DNA of 64,000 nucleotides from Peribolospora baueri (Eukaryota). A program made the translations under genes and the position numbers. Shown one piece after another: positions 25,201 through 37,868 of this stretch. The stretch lies in assembly GCA_029717555.1 (NCBI GenBank), contig JAMDHS010000036.1:62001-126000 (forward strand), written 5' to 3'. Positions within the stretch are counted from its first letter, which is position 1. Every line of letters starts with the position of its first letter. The notes below the pieces were generated by a model. That model did no database searches. It was given only the letters and a program-made list of their open reading frames with translations, and was not told the DNA's origin.

Positions 25201-27179
25201 ACGACACGCAAAGTGAGTGCTGACGCGTTTGACAGCATTCTCCATGCCGCAATTTCGCGATGTTGACTTGTTTCACCCGTCTCGACATTGGAAAAGTGCC
25301 CGTATGGGGGGTTTTCTTTGGACTTGGCATCGCCATTCTCTGTGTTATTCCGTTCGGAGTGTGAGTTGTGCGGCTTTCCCGCGGGCAGGACGCTCGACAA
25401 CAGTTGAATCTATATCGGTCGTCATCAACTTCGACAGAATCACGGCTATCACTAACGTGACACCGACGTTGAACGTCCTCGCCGAGCTCGTGGGCGGCTT
25501 TGCTCTACCGGGAAAGCCCGTGGGCAACATGCTATTCAAGACCTATGGCTACATCACCTGCTACAAGGCCATCATGTTCTCTCAGGACCTCAAACTAGGC
25601 CACTATGCCAAGATACCCCCGCGCTCAACGTTCGCCGCGCAGCTGGCAATGACGGTAGTCTCGGTATTCGTCCAAGTCGGCGTTGTAAACTGGCAGATCG
25701 CCAACAACCACGATCTGTGCGATCCGAATAATAAGCAGAAGTTCACTTGCCCCAATTGGCGCACTTTCTTCTCCGCAAGCGTGGTGTGGGGCGTCGTCGG
25801 GCCCAGGAGGATCTTCGGCCCTAATGGCATCTACAACAAGCTTCTCTTTGGATTCCTTGCAGGAGCGTTGGGCCCTATCATTCCTTGGCTGTTGGCGAGG
25901 AGGTACCCCAAGGGCCCTTGGAAGGTGAGGGGACTTCTAGTTCATCGCTCTCAGGGATACAACGATGTCGGTCTTACTCCACTCATCTCCTTTTCGTCTT
26001 AAGTACATACACGTGCCACTGTGGTGCTATGCAGGACGTGAGTTGGACGAAAGGGTTTGGACCTGTACTCAGAGGACAGCGGGAATATTCGTGCGCGTGC
26101 TCACTCTTGCCCCCTGCTGGCCACAGTCAACTTTGCTCCCCTCAATCTGTACTACTTCCTCCCCGCGTTGCCTTGGGTTTGGTTCTTCATGACATTCATC
26201 CAGAAGAGGTGAGCCTGTCTTCCGACATACACCCGGCCAGCCTCATGCCAGCTCGACTGACTTGTGAGCCGCGTCTGCACCAAATTCTAAATTTTTAGGT
26301 ACACCGGATGGTGGGCCAAGGTGATACTATGTTCTTTCTTCCCGGAATCTCTTACAGCGGATGTTGACTCCAGCTGCGCCTTGGCGCGGTCGCCTTCTCT
26401 CTTCAGTACAACTATCTTCTTTCGCAAGCCCTTGGTGCCGGAATCGCCATCTTCTCAATAATTTGGTTCTTCGCGCTTCAATACAACAGTGAGCATGGTG
26501 TTTGCTGGGGTTTCGGACGACTATCAGCGTGACGATGTCACTCACCTATGCGCTTCCTGTCATCCTCGTCACCAGACGTTACTCCGAGGTAAGTACAAGC
26601 GTTAGCTTTGAAAGCGCCTGACGTAGTTCGCTTGAAGAAAAGAGCCGCAGTCTCACTAGCGTCGATTCATTTGGACGTGGGATTTACTCACTGTACCTTC
26701 ACTTCTTCTCAGCTGGTGGGGCGTGAGTACGCTGATCTCGCCCGCCTAATCCCATCCTCGTCTCATCACCTACCCGACGTCGCTGATCAGATCAGCCTTT
26801 CATTTTCTGTGCCGTGCAACGCCACAGAATGAGCGGCCGTTCACGACCTGCGACGAAAAACTCGGCACCCCACCTTGCGTGTACAAGCAGCTTCCGCGTG
26901 AGTCCATTTCCCTTCGTGCAGTGTCGGGATCGGGTCGATTACATTGGGTACGTCGAGTATATAGCTGACACTGACGGCCGTCATCTTTCGGTGGTCGTCT
27001 TCAACGTCAGCCTCCGGCCGATTCGCCGGTACCCCTCGTGAGCTTTCCTTCTTTCCCTCGGAATCCTGCCCTCCCTGGAGCTCAGCAGAAACGAGACATG
27101 ACTTGACTGAAGAATTTACTTTTTTTTTACCTTATTTTCTGCTCCACATTTTATAGGCGAGGAAGGGGTCTCGCTCTGA
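22284..27179 (+). CDS. OPT-family oligopeptide transporter, about 24 introns
   Basis: SPYVEVRAVVPNTDDP, NTFRAWFLG, NPGPF..KE, DVHCRLM..YKEVP.W, ELVGGFALPGKP, DLKLGHYAKIPPR, VWGVVGP and WWGN. The exons join in frame. Confidence 0.93.
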
Positions 27180-28093
27180 GCACTGTTCGTTATCCTGGTA
27201 TCCTGGAACTTCTGTTCCCGGCACTTCTGCCCGCAGGCAGGCACGCGCATGTCGCCCGTATCATTATGTATTCCGGGGAGCGAGACATGAATGTTTTGAA
27301 GATTGAAATAGTCGTTTTTCAGAACGCTGCGTCGGAAAAGCTCGACTCCTGACCAGACGAACGCTCCCAAAGGATTGAGTCGGCACGGCAAGCGAGCGAG
27401 CGCTCCCATCGTCGTCCTCTTCTCTCAGAGTGATGCCGGACCTCTAGTGAGACGAACGGAAATGCTATTCTTACAAACAGTTTTTCGGCGGTAGTCGCAC
27501 AGGGCCTGACAGACGTACCGCACCGTCCGTCCGTCCGTCCAATCGGGATCTGCGTAAGCTAGGTGGGACGTCTAACTATACAAATAGAGAAGGGGCAGTA
27601 AAAAAGGTCAACGACGGACAGATACGTAGATAATAGCGGCAAAAGAAGACGAAGGGAGGTATGGGCGGAAAGATAATAGAAGGGCAAGGGTTGCTGCAGG
27701 ATGATGAACGAAGGTGGGGAGTGAATATGGACAGGAGGACGGCAACGCGACGCGTCGCGACGCGGCGTTGAGAACGAAGGGGCAAGGTGCAAGAAGCGCG
27801 ACGACATTAAGGAGGAACAAACGGCGATAATGCCACATATCGGTGAAGAGAATCTAAAAGGGGAATGTCCGTAAAAGAGGCGAGCGAGCGCCCCTGGAGT
27901 AGACATCGAATACGAAGGGAGGAACAAGGAGAGAGAGAAAGAGATGAACGGCGGGGAGAAGGAAGTCGACCGTTGCGAAGCGCAAGAGGCCCTTTCCAAC
28001 TCCACGAGTCGACTAGAGGATGACCCGCTGCTCCACATGTCGAGCCCTTCCCCCTTTTTTTCATTTTTGAAAGAGGCCGTCCAGTGCCCATCA

Positions 28094-30891
28094 TCATACC
28101 CCCGGAGCTGAGTTCTCTTCAGGCGGCGGCGCATGAACTTGTCCCTCGCCCTCCCCCTCCGTTGAGGTCGCCTCTTCCTGTGGTATCGTCGGCGGTGGAG
28201 CAACCTCCTCCCCAGCTACTCCTACTGTGTCTGCGTCCTTGGCTCCCTCCTCATCTTGCGGAGACATCTCCTCGCCCTTGAGCTCCGACTCAGGGTGAGG
28301 TGGGGGTTCGGCTTCATCTGCAGGCGCAGAATCCGGTGCAGGTTGTTCGACCGCAGTAGGAGCCGTGGTATTCCCATCCGAGGTGGGCACAGGTACATCT
28401 TCGCTTGTCAAATTGACCTTGTCACTGGGTGCGGCTTTGTCTCCGCTAAGTTCCTTGATCTCTTCAACGGGAGAAGACACCGCTGACGCCTTGGAAGGGG
28501 CTGGGAGATCTCCAGCCTGAGCATAGTCAGTCTCGATGACGCCGGCAAGAGCAGCTAATCCCTTTGCACCCGGCACCGGCCCTGGCGACGCAGCCTCGTG
28601 TCCTGGTGCCTTTGGAGCGAGTTCTTGCGCCAGATCAGGCTCCTTCTCCTTCTCCTTCTCCCTATCCCTCTCCTTCTCCTTCCCCCTCACACCTTTCATC
28701 TGTTGCACTCCCCGCACAGGCAACTTTTCCCCAGCCGGCCAATGCTCAACCTTGCTACCCGCTTTTCCTCCGATGACGTACCTCAGCACGTCGGAGAGAC
28801 AGACTATGCCGACGAGTCGGCCTGGCTTGCGTCTTCGGGGCAGCGCCTCGGCATGTGAAAGATGACCCCGGCCTTGGCCAGGAGGGTTCTGCGCGGAGTT
28901 TTGCTGATATTTCGCAGATTGGCTTCGAGATGTGGAGACGCGTCTTGGGCCTAGCGCGTGGAAGGAGCCGGCACGCGAAGGTTGGGTCAACGGGCTGACG
29001 GGACTGGTCGGCCACGCCGATCGGCTTTCTTCAGCTCCGACCGCCGTCGCAAATAGGCCACCCTCGGCGGCCAACGGCTGGCTCCCGTCCTCGCTCACGC
29101 CGGCAGACCCGTCCTTCTCCACCTCCTCGTCATTCTCGATGACTACGAGGCGATGTACTCTTCGCTTGCGAATAAGCGTAAAGACGTCCGCCAACGTGTC
29201 TTCTGGCGAGCAGGTGACGACGCCCGGAAAATCTGGGGACCGCCGGGCAAGCGCTTGGGAAATGGTGAGATTGAGATCGTGGTAGGCGCCAGTTCGCACC
29301 AGCGTCTAAGGGTTTTATGCGAGAGAACGAAAGCAAACGAGTAAGAAGACTGACGATTCAAAAACCAAATGGACTTGCACGGGGGAATGCGCAGTCTTCC
29401 TCGGAAAGGAAATGTGATAAAACTCACAATGACGTCCACGGTCTCGTACAAATTGACGACCCCGCCGTCGGCGTCCAAAATCGGAACGGCCGATATGCCT
29501 CGTTCTGAGAACATGTGCACGACGTCAAACACGGTCGTGTCCAATGTGGCAGTTGCGAGAGGCGCGTAAGGGTTCGCATTCCTCGCGTCTGACTCCTGCA
29601 CGGAGGTAGCGTTGGTGGCCGTCGACGGCAGGTTGCTGACGGAAGCGGCGGCCGAGTCTGGCGTGGCGTCGGTGGAGACGGACGTGGGAGCGCTCATGTC
29701 AGCGTTGGTGTCTGTCTTGTCCGAGCTGTCGGACGGTCGTCGGGAGTCTGAGGACTGGACGTAAGTGCCGATGTTGCAGGAGCGAATGGATCGATTGAGA
29801 AAGGCGGTGTCGCGGCACTGTGGGCACACCAAGAGATAAGCTCGTGGTCAGCCCGGCCGGCCGGGACTCCTAGCGTCTAAACTCGACCGCACACTCACGT
29901 TCATGGCAATGAATTTGAGGACACGGTACTGCGTCAAGACGCTCAGCACAGTCTCCTGCCCAGACACATCGTCATGATCAAGCAGCGGCAACCGTCGAGC
30001 GTGGGTCCGAATGAGAAGCTGGCAGGCGTCGTACAGGGGTCTCAACGGATGGATGGAGAGCAGTGGTGGTGGTGGAACTAGGATGGCTTGCTCAATGTCT
30101 AATAGGTTGAGAGGGCCCGGTCAATAAGGAACGATATGTTAGCCGCCAGTCCGTCCATGTGTGCATGAGTGGCGCACGTCAGCACAGTTGGCTCGTGTCG
30201 TCGCGCACTGACCTCTAAGCATCTCCAGTCGGAACCTTTCCACATCTTGGGTAGCGTTATCGTAGCTTGAATTGTGGTAATAATACTGAATGAGATGTAT
30301 AATGTCGTTCACGGTGAGCATACCGGCGAAGCGGGAAGCGTCCGAGTTCCAAAGCGGGGCGGAGACGACTCCTGCAAAGGGAGAGGAGCATACAACATCC
30401 GAGACAAGTTGCATAGAGCGAAGATGCAAAAACAAAGTAAACAACTCGTCCAAAAACTACTGGCCGTCCTCCCCCGCTGAGCGGCGAGAAACGCCGCCGA
30501 CGAAGTCACAGGGCGTGATGGGCGCACACTCCTTCCGCAAGCCGCTATTCTCACCTGCCTGGAACATGGCATCGAGGGCAGGCTTGACGATGAGCTTGGT
30601 ATCAAGGACGATCAGTCTGAAGCTGACTGGAAGCACGTCGTAGCTGCTTCGCTCCTTGAGAAAACTCCTGATGGCTTCGAGAGCTTTGTCGTGCGCGTCC
30701 CCCAATTCGGTCGCGCGCCGTGAACGAGAGCTGCTGGGCCGGCCGACACCCTTCATTGCCGCTCCCCGCTTGGAAGCGCGACGTCGGACGCTGGGCGGGC
30801 GACCTGGAAGAGGAGAAGGGGCAGCGCTCGAGCTGGAAGCGAGCTGGGAGGAGGGGGCGATCGGAATGGGGAGCGCGCCGGGCGGTTCCAT
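28094..30891 (-). CDS. SNF4: AMPK/Snf1 gamma subunit (CBS domains) with low-complexity inserts and a long C-terminal tail
   Basis: FLKERSSYDVLPVSFRLIVLDT, VSAPLWNS..FAGMLT, HARRLPLLD, SVLTQYRVLKFIAMN, ISAVPILD, VHRLVV and GIVCLSDVLRY. Confidence 0.95.
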
Positions 30892-32401
30892 GGCAGAGGA
30901 GCGAGTGTCGGAGGGAGACGGAGCGAAGAGGCGAGGGGACCAGAATCAAGTCAAAGCCGATAAGCTGCCACAACAAGGCGCTGGCGCTTGCTCGGCGGCG
31001 CAACAAGGCGGAGACAGCGAGCGAGAGGATGCGGTGTGAGGGTAGGGACGTAAGAAGAGAAAACCTTGCGACCGCCGTCGACGACGGTGTCCACACTGGA
31101 TGGGGCCCCGAAATATGTGTAAGCTAGACTACGCCGATGTGCAGCGGCGTGTACACAAGTATACCATCACGTGCCGGCTAGCCGGCATTACAGCCCGCCG
31201 TCCTATTTTGTAATTGCCACTGTATTGGACCCAACTGGGCTTACTTACTTTGCCTGCCGGCCAACCGACGAGCCGAGCCGAGCCGAGCGGCGGTCGAGGC
31301 GATATCGACGACCGGCCAACGACGACATCGCCCAAGGCCAACCAAGCTTGACGAGCGACCATCGACCCGACCGCGGCTCAGTTTTACCCATCCATCCTCA
31401 ACCTCTTCCTCCCCCCTTCTCTCCTTCACCCTCGCCTCCTTTTCTCGTCCGATACCCCATTTTCGCAGCCCCGCCTCTTATCTCAGCGAGCGCTCTGATG
31501 GCGTCAGCGCCACGCCGACTCGCACTATCACCTTCGGAGTGAAGCCATCCCCGTCGCTCGCCAGCATCGCAGCATCGAGACAGCGCCCACGCTTTCCCTC
31601 TATCACTCATACATGCGCGCCTTCACCGAGCTTCTCTCTACCGCCCCTGCGCTTTCCGCTCCAGACCGGCCGCCACAGTCCTCGTCGACCACTCAGCGTG
31701 GAATGTCCTCTATCCGATCGGCAGATCACTCCCGCGATAGCCGTTCAGCGGGCCAGGCCGGCTCGGTCGTCTCCTCCCCACCCCACCACGGCTCAGCAGA
31801 GCCTGGCCCCTCTCTGAAGATCGATCGACCGCGCTCCAAGACGGGCGGAGGCGCCAGAACCGGCTTCGGCGAGAGGAGAACCTTGGGAGACGTCGACAAC
31901 GTGACCGTGTCTCCCGGTGGGCAGGTCCCGTTCCACCTACCCGCTGTCAGAGTCAGCACCACGTCCCCCTCTATAGATTCTTCCGCGTTCAAGCTTGCTG
32001 TGCCGTCGCCGCAGGCGGATGGCGTCGATGTCAAGGCGATCGGATGGCCTGCCGCGAGGGTTTCTTATTTAGCCGGCGCGCGATCCTCTTCGTGCCCTCA
32101 GTGTGGAGCGGATCGGGAGGGCCGTTTAGTTCTCGACGGTCGTCCACTTGGGAGCGACAAGTCTGATTGTCGTCCCAGTCAGTTAAAGGTATCGGAGGCG
32201 CACACTGCTCACGCCGTGGATGATGGCACAGACACCTCAGCATGGGCAAGGTTCGACTCCCCCTCCATCGCCCCGTCCCACCCACTCCAACGCAATTATC
32301 GAACTGGGAAATGGTCTCTCGAAGATGCCAGGGACGGCATCCGTGCTCGCCTCCGGCTTACGAATTACGTCTCGCGTAACTCGTCTACGGCAGTCGTTGG
32401 C

Positions 32402-34923
32402 ATGGGATCCCTGCTCGCTTCGCTCGCCACCGCCACTCCCGCCTCTCCTCCCTCTCTGCCAGGCGAGGGGCCGTCCTCGGACGACGCTACTCTTGCTCTC
32501 GTTCTACCCATCCTTGTCCTCATGTCTACTCTGCTCTTCCTCGTCCTACTCTTCTTGCTTTTTGTGCTCATCTTGCGACGCAGAAGGGGCATTGAGCTGA
32601 GGGACGAAGGTGGTCCACTCGATATCGGAAGGGAGGAGGAACTTGAGGGCGAGGGGGGCATCGCTGGTGTCGAGGAGAGGTGGGTAGAAGGCGTCGACGA
32701 GCAATCAAGGAGGGGTTACCAGCGGGCTAAAGGTGAGTCGTGAAGTGTTCGAGCGCGGACATCAGTCTTGTCAAACGCATTGACATTCATGTCTTCCGCT
32801 CTTATTCACAGACTGGCAACTCGCCTTCCCTCCCAATTCGTATTCGACGGATATTACGCTCTCCCAGTTCCTTACCATCCAGGAGAAGGGCGTCTCCGCG
32901 TGGTCGTTCGAACCGGACTATGAGTCGAACCCCTCGGTATACGTCGAGAGTCGGACAGAGCTCACGTTCCTCCCCGATGGTCAAGGCTTGGCGCCCGAGG
33001 AGGGGGGCGGATGCAGCGTCATGAGCAACTTGCCTCTTCCCAAGCTCAACGAGGTCTATTATTGGGAATGTAAGATGTTCGACAAACCTGCGGAGACGAA
33101 CGTCAGCGTCGGTCTGGCTACCAAGCCGTATCCTTGCTTTAGACTACCGGGTGAGTGACAAGTCTCTCAAGATGTCGCACCAGGAGGCTTGGCTCAATCA
33201 GGCTTGGCTCATTCAATCTTGTCCTTCCCCAGGCTGGAATAAATTGTCGGTCGGCTATCATTCCGCGGACGGGACAAAGTCGCACAACTACCCCTTCACT
33301 GCACAGTCATTCGGGCCAGCGTTCTTTCAAGGAGACGTGATCGGTGTCGGCTACCGGCCCCGCTCTGGCACGGTCTTCTTCACTCGTAACGGCAAGAAAC
33401 TGGACGACGCGTATATTGGTCTGAATCGGTACAACCTCTTCCCGATCGTGGGCGCAGATGGCGCTGCGACGATTCACGTCAACTTGGGACAAGCCGGATT
33501 CGTTTTCATTGAGGCGAACGTGAAGAAGTGGGGACTCGCGCCCATGGTCGGCACGCTCGCTCCGCCACCCGCGTACGGCAGCGAGAGGGGCAGCATCCTG
33601 ATCGAGACGGGCATTCCAGGCGGCAGGGAGGGAGGCTGCAGCGCCCCGCCCGGTCTGCCACCGCCGCCGCCGAGTCCGCCACCAATGATGGACCCGAACG
33701 ATGACCACATTTCTGTGGGCGAAGGGATTGCCGCGTCATCCGGTCTAGCTTCTCCATCCGTCGCGCCCTCCTCGTCCAGGTCGCGGAGACACGGCAAACC
33801 CTCCCATCGTCGTCGACGACCTAGTGTCAATGTCAATGGTGGCGCGGTTGGAGAGGGCTTGTCCTCTTCCGCTGGGCCTTCCACTCTTCCGCCCCCATCG
33901 AGTCCGCTCCGGCTAGGCACGGACCAAGACCCTCCACTGCGCGGAGATGGCGTAGGACCAAGTCGACTACGAGAATCGCTTCCGCAGCTTACCCGCTCTG
34001 GCTCGCCGCGGGAGGTCGACATTCCCGAGCCTCACGAAGATCTGCGGGACCCCTACTCCGCACAGAGTTTCCTGGCTAGTTCTCGGGAGCTCACGGACGA
34101 CGAAGACGACACCAGCCTCCATAACCCTCCCACGCCCAACTTACTCGACATCTCGCTGCACTCCTTGGTGCCGCTGGATGAGAGGGGTATGAGAGAGCAG
34201 GGTCAGGATGAGCGTGCACAGGGCGGGGAGGAGGCGGAGAATCGAGGGATGACGCGAAGTCTGAGCGTGTCCACGAACGGGGAAGGTTCGCCCTCGTCCT
34301 TGTCCCCGTCGCCCAGGCGCCGTCCCAATGGGACGTCGTCCAGCTCGCACCCCGGATCGTACTTTGGCTGGCGGCGGACGGGCCATGGGGCATGGGCCCT
34401 GACGTCCACCTCTGGCGGGTCCTCTTCCACCACCAGACGGCAGCCTCGGACCTCTGCGCGGTCCTCGTCCGTCACCACCCCCACCCTCACCCCTAACGAC
34501 ACGTCCAACGGCCGCGTCAATAACTTGTCTTCAGCAGAAGCAGCCCGCCGCATCTACGGCAACGCCACGGCGCATCACACGGCCATTGCCTTGGGCCTCG
34601 CTCCTCCGGACGTAACGCCTCCAGAGTACACGCCTCCGGTTCCTAACGGCGGTTACCTGGACGTGTTACGGGGAAGCGGGGGCGGACGCACGTCCTCGCC
34701 GGGCGGTAGCGGTGGAGACATGGACGAGGGCAGCTACGAGAGACGGAACTCGACCGTTGGCGGGGCGGTTGGCGACCGCGAGGAGGCCTTGCTGGAAGAG
34801 GGCAGGGGTAGTCTCGCTTTTCCTTTCGGCGCCCATAGGGTGGATGGAGGGCCGGGGATGGCTGAATCGACGGAGAGGGAAGGGGTTGAAAGAAGGGGTT
34901 GGTGGGGCGGGCTGAGAGGATAG
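32402..34923 (+). CDS. SSH4: Ssh4/Ear1-type SPRY-domain membrane protein (Rsp5 adaptor family)
   Basis: A TM helix followed by RRRR, then DITLSQFLTIQEKGVSAWSFEPD, LPLPKLNEVYYWECKM, GDVIGVGYRPR and GFVFIEANVKKWGLAP..GTLAPPPAYG (PY motif). The ORF is also open upstream to an ATG at 31613. Confidence 0.92.
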
Positions 34924-35500
34924 GCGCGGAGAAGGACCATGCAACTCCCTTTCTGGCACCGCCGACCTATCCTCGATTTCCTCAGACCTATCCTCCATCT
35001 CCTTTTCCATTCCGCGTGCTTATCATGACACATTTTCTCTTCCCCGACTGCTCCACGTCTCTTCCCCTTCTCTCACGTCTTTTCCTTTTAACGTTTTGGC
35101 TTCTAGTTCCATCGTTTTCGTCCATCCTGTTCCATCATCATCCATCACACTCTTTCCATCCCAGCTCATCCAACCGTGTCTCCAATTTCCTTCATTACAT
35201 TCGCACCGTCAGACGATCTTTGTGTTTTTTTTCCCTCCCGTGGCTTGTATCCGATCAATCGAATTTTGTTGTCATCCCTTCACAGAGCGCGGCGGGGTTG
35301 GTCGTGTCGCGTGCTCAGCCGAACGAGAGGAACGGTCCGTGCGCACCAAAGTCGTACAATGACGTGCCTGCTTACTAAGCGAGTCGTCGGCGAGGGCCGT
35401 CCTAGCGTTTAGATAACGGGGTGACGCTGGTTAACCGTCTCTTACGCTTGTTCACCAACACCTCCGGCCTCCGTTTTTTTCTCTCTTCCTTCTGCACAAC

Positions 35501-37440
35501 ATGGCTCAAGCATCTCGCCTTTTCCGCCTGGCTCGCCCTCGCCGCCTCGACGCAACGCCCACCTCTCCTCAGTACCTCGGTCTCCCGCGCAGAGGCTTCG
35601 CCACACCGGTCAATATTCACAGCTCCTTCGACCCCGCCCTTGGCAGATCTCAGCACCCGCCTCCGCCGCCATCACAGCCCACGCCGCCTGTTGTGGAATG
35701 GACGCCGGAAGGGTTTCCGCGCAAGGTCACCTCGCCCAAGGCGGCCGCCCAGCAGGGACAGCGTTCGTCCCTGTCGGACTCGGACCCGATCGGCGCCGTG
35801 CAGCGCGGCGAGCCAATCCCGCGCGATCCGTTCGCTCCACCCCCCGCAGAGAGCTTCGGTATTGTTCGCGCTCCGCCGGGACTGCTGGCTGCTCAGAAGG
35901 CAGATCGAGAGTCGCCACATGCCGTCCTGGATACGGACGTGGGAGAGGAGCCGGGAACGGTGCCTGGCGACGGTGTTCCGGGACGCGGAAGAGACGGCCT
36001 AGATGAGCGATTGCTCCTTGGGGCTCGAAAGCTGCTCGAGCGACAGGGCGTGAGGTACATGGACGATGGACAAGTGACGGAGCATGCGCCTTTGCCGGAC
36101 GCGCGAGCGGCGACCACGAGCCTTGAGACGCTGCTCCAGCAGTTTGAAGACCGAGCAGGCCGACAGTTAGACTTTGAGCTGGCGTACGAGAGCACACCGA
36201 GCGCGGAGCGCAAAGTTCCCTTCTTCCCACCGTCTGAAGGCGAAGGCTCGGGAGCGGGGGAGAGACGGACATGGGAGGACGGCGTGGTGCTGGTCGCGTT
36301 TGTGACGAATCCGAACGGCGCTAGCGGGGACGAAAGGTTGAGCGTATGTTCCGGGTTCGCGATTCGGGCAGGCAAGATGAGGAGCGGCGCAGGCGAGAAG
36401 ACGGAGGACGGAATAGGAGAGGGGGACACGATGATCGTCACTTGTGCTCACACAGTGAGCGCTTTCACGCCCCTCCGGTTTGGCGGATGACCCCAGTCTG
36501 CTCTTGCTGACGGAAATATTCTACGTGTCTGTCCTTGGTTGCCCCAGCTCCGAGCGTCGGCCTCGCCCAGGGCCTCCAGTTCGTCTTCCCCGCCACCGCC
36601 CTCACTGGCCCTCGTGATGACGCGCTCCCGACAATTCTTTCCAATCCAAACCGTGCTTTCCTCGCTCCCTTCCTCCGACCTCGCCCTCCTCAAGATCGGC
36701 CGTGGACTGCGGCCCGCTGATGCCGAAGCCTCGGAGCTGCGCACCCTTCCCATCTCCCCATACCCCGCGCCTGTGGGAAGCGAGCTACACGTGAGCAGTT
36801 TTGACGGGTGGGAGGGGGAGCGGATCGGCCGAGGGACAAGGACGAGAGATGGGGTTGATCAGCAGGAGCGGCGGGAGGGTTCTGATAGAGATCAGGACGG
36901 GCGGTGGGGTAAGGCGCGTCTGGTGGAATACAAGGACCCGATCGGTCGCGAAGCACGAGTGAGTAAGAGGGAGGCCGTCCGAGGTAGAGGGAATCCGACC
37001 CTCCACCACCAAGGTCGGTCGCCAAACGCTCACTTGTCGCTCGCTCACGGGCATGTGTCTCCCCGTCCATGTCACCTTCAGACGGGCACATATGATAACC
37101 TCCACCACCTCGAGTTCAAGCTTATCCAGCCGGAGCGGCCATTGGGAAAAGAAATAGGACAGAGACAGCTCGTCCGACAGTCTTTCCCACCTCCTGGCTC
37201 ATCGGGTGGGCCGATCGTGGATCTGGAATCGGGGAGCGTCGTCGGCGTGGTGAAAGGCACCAAACGGACGCTGCTCGACGGAGAGCGAGGCGAGGCCACG
37301 CCCGCGGAAAAGGTGTTTGAGGTACGTTGGTGGTCATCGTCTGCATGAAGTATCGTCGATTGCTCACTGGCCCGCGATCATCCCATCCACCTGCACCGCC
37401 TCCCACCGAGAAGATGTTCAGACTACCGAACATGCCGTGA
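35501..37440 (+). CDS. Trypsin-like serine peptidase (Trypsin_2 type) with a mitochondrial-presequence-like N-terminus
   Basis: CSGFAI, IVTCAHT (His), SDLALLKI (Asp) and PGSSGGPIVD (Ser). Three GT-AG introns; ends VFEMFRLPNMP*. Confidence 0.85.
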
Positions 37441-37868
37441 TATGTCGGGAGTTCACAGGATCGGGTCGTCCTTCTTTTTCTCCCTCCCTGTAATCTCTCC
37501 ATGCATCGAACGGAACGCAGGGGTTTGTCTGGCCACTCCCTTTCAATACCTCTTGGGTTTGAGCCAGAGCTGGAGCCGAGGTGAACAGCGCCTTTTATGG
37601 ACGACCACCATTCTATCTTTTTTTTTTCTACTTTTCTCGTCTCGCACGTTTGCAACAGACAACATCGGCCACGTGCCACCGTGCCCGGTCATCCTCATCA
37701 AGAAGCAGACACAGTATGTGCCTCTCTGAAAGGCCCAGGCACCCGATTCCTTCGTGCCAGCGTTTCTATTCGGAGACCAGCGCCCCTATAGATCTTCCAA
37801 GAGCCTATTATTTATGCACGCCGTCTAAAAGTATACTGTCTATACGACCCATCCAAGCATGTGCACAT

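Noticed and set aside
7009..34923. Functional cluster of trafficking and nutrient-signalling genes (SEC17, LAMTOR5, TRS31, VPS38, SNF4, SSH4)
   Set aside because: These are common housekeeping categories interspersed with unrelated genes, and I see no shared motif.
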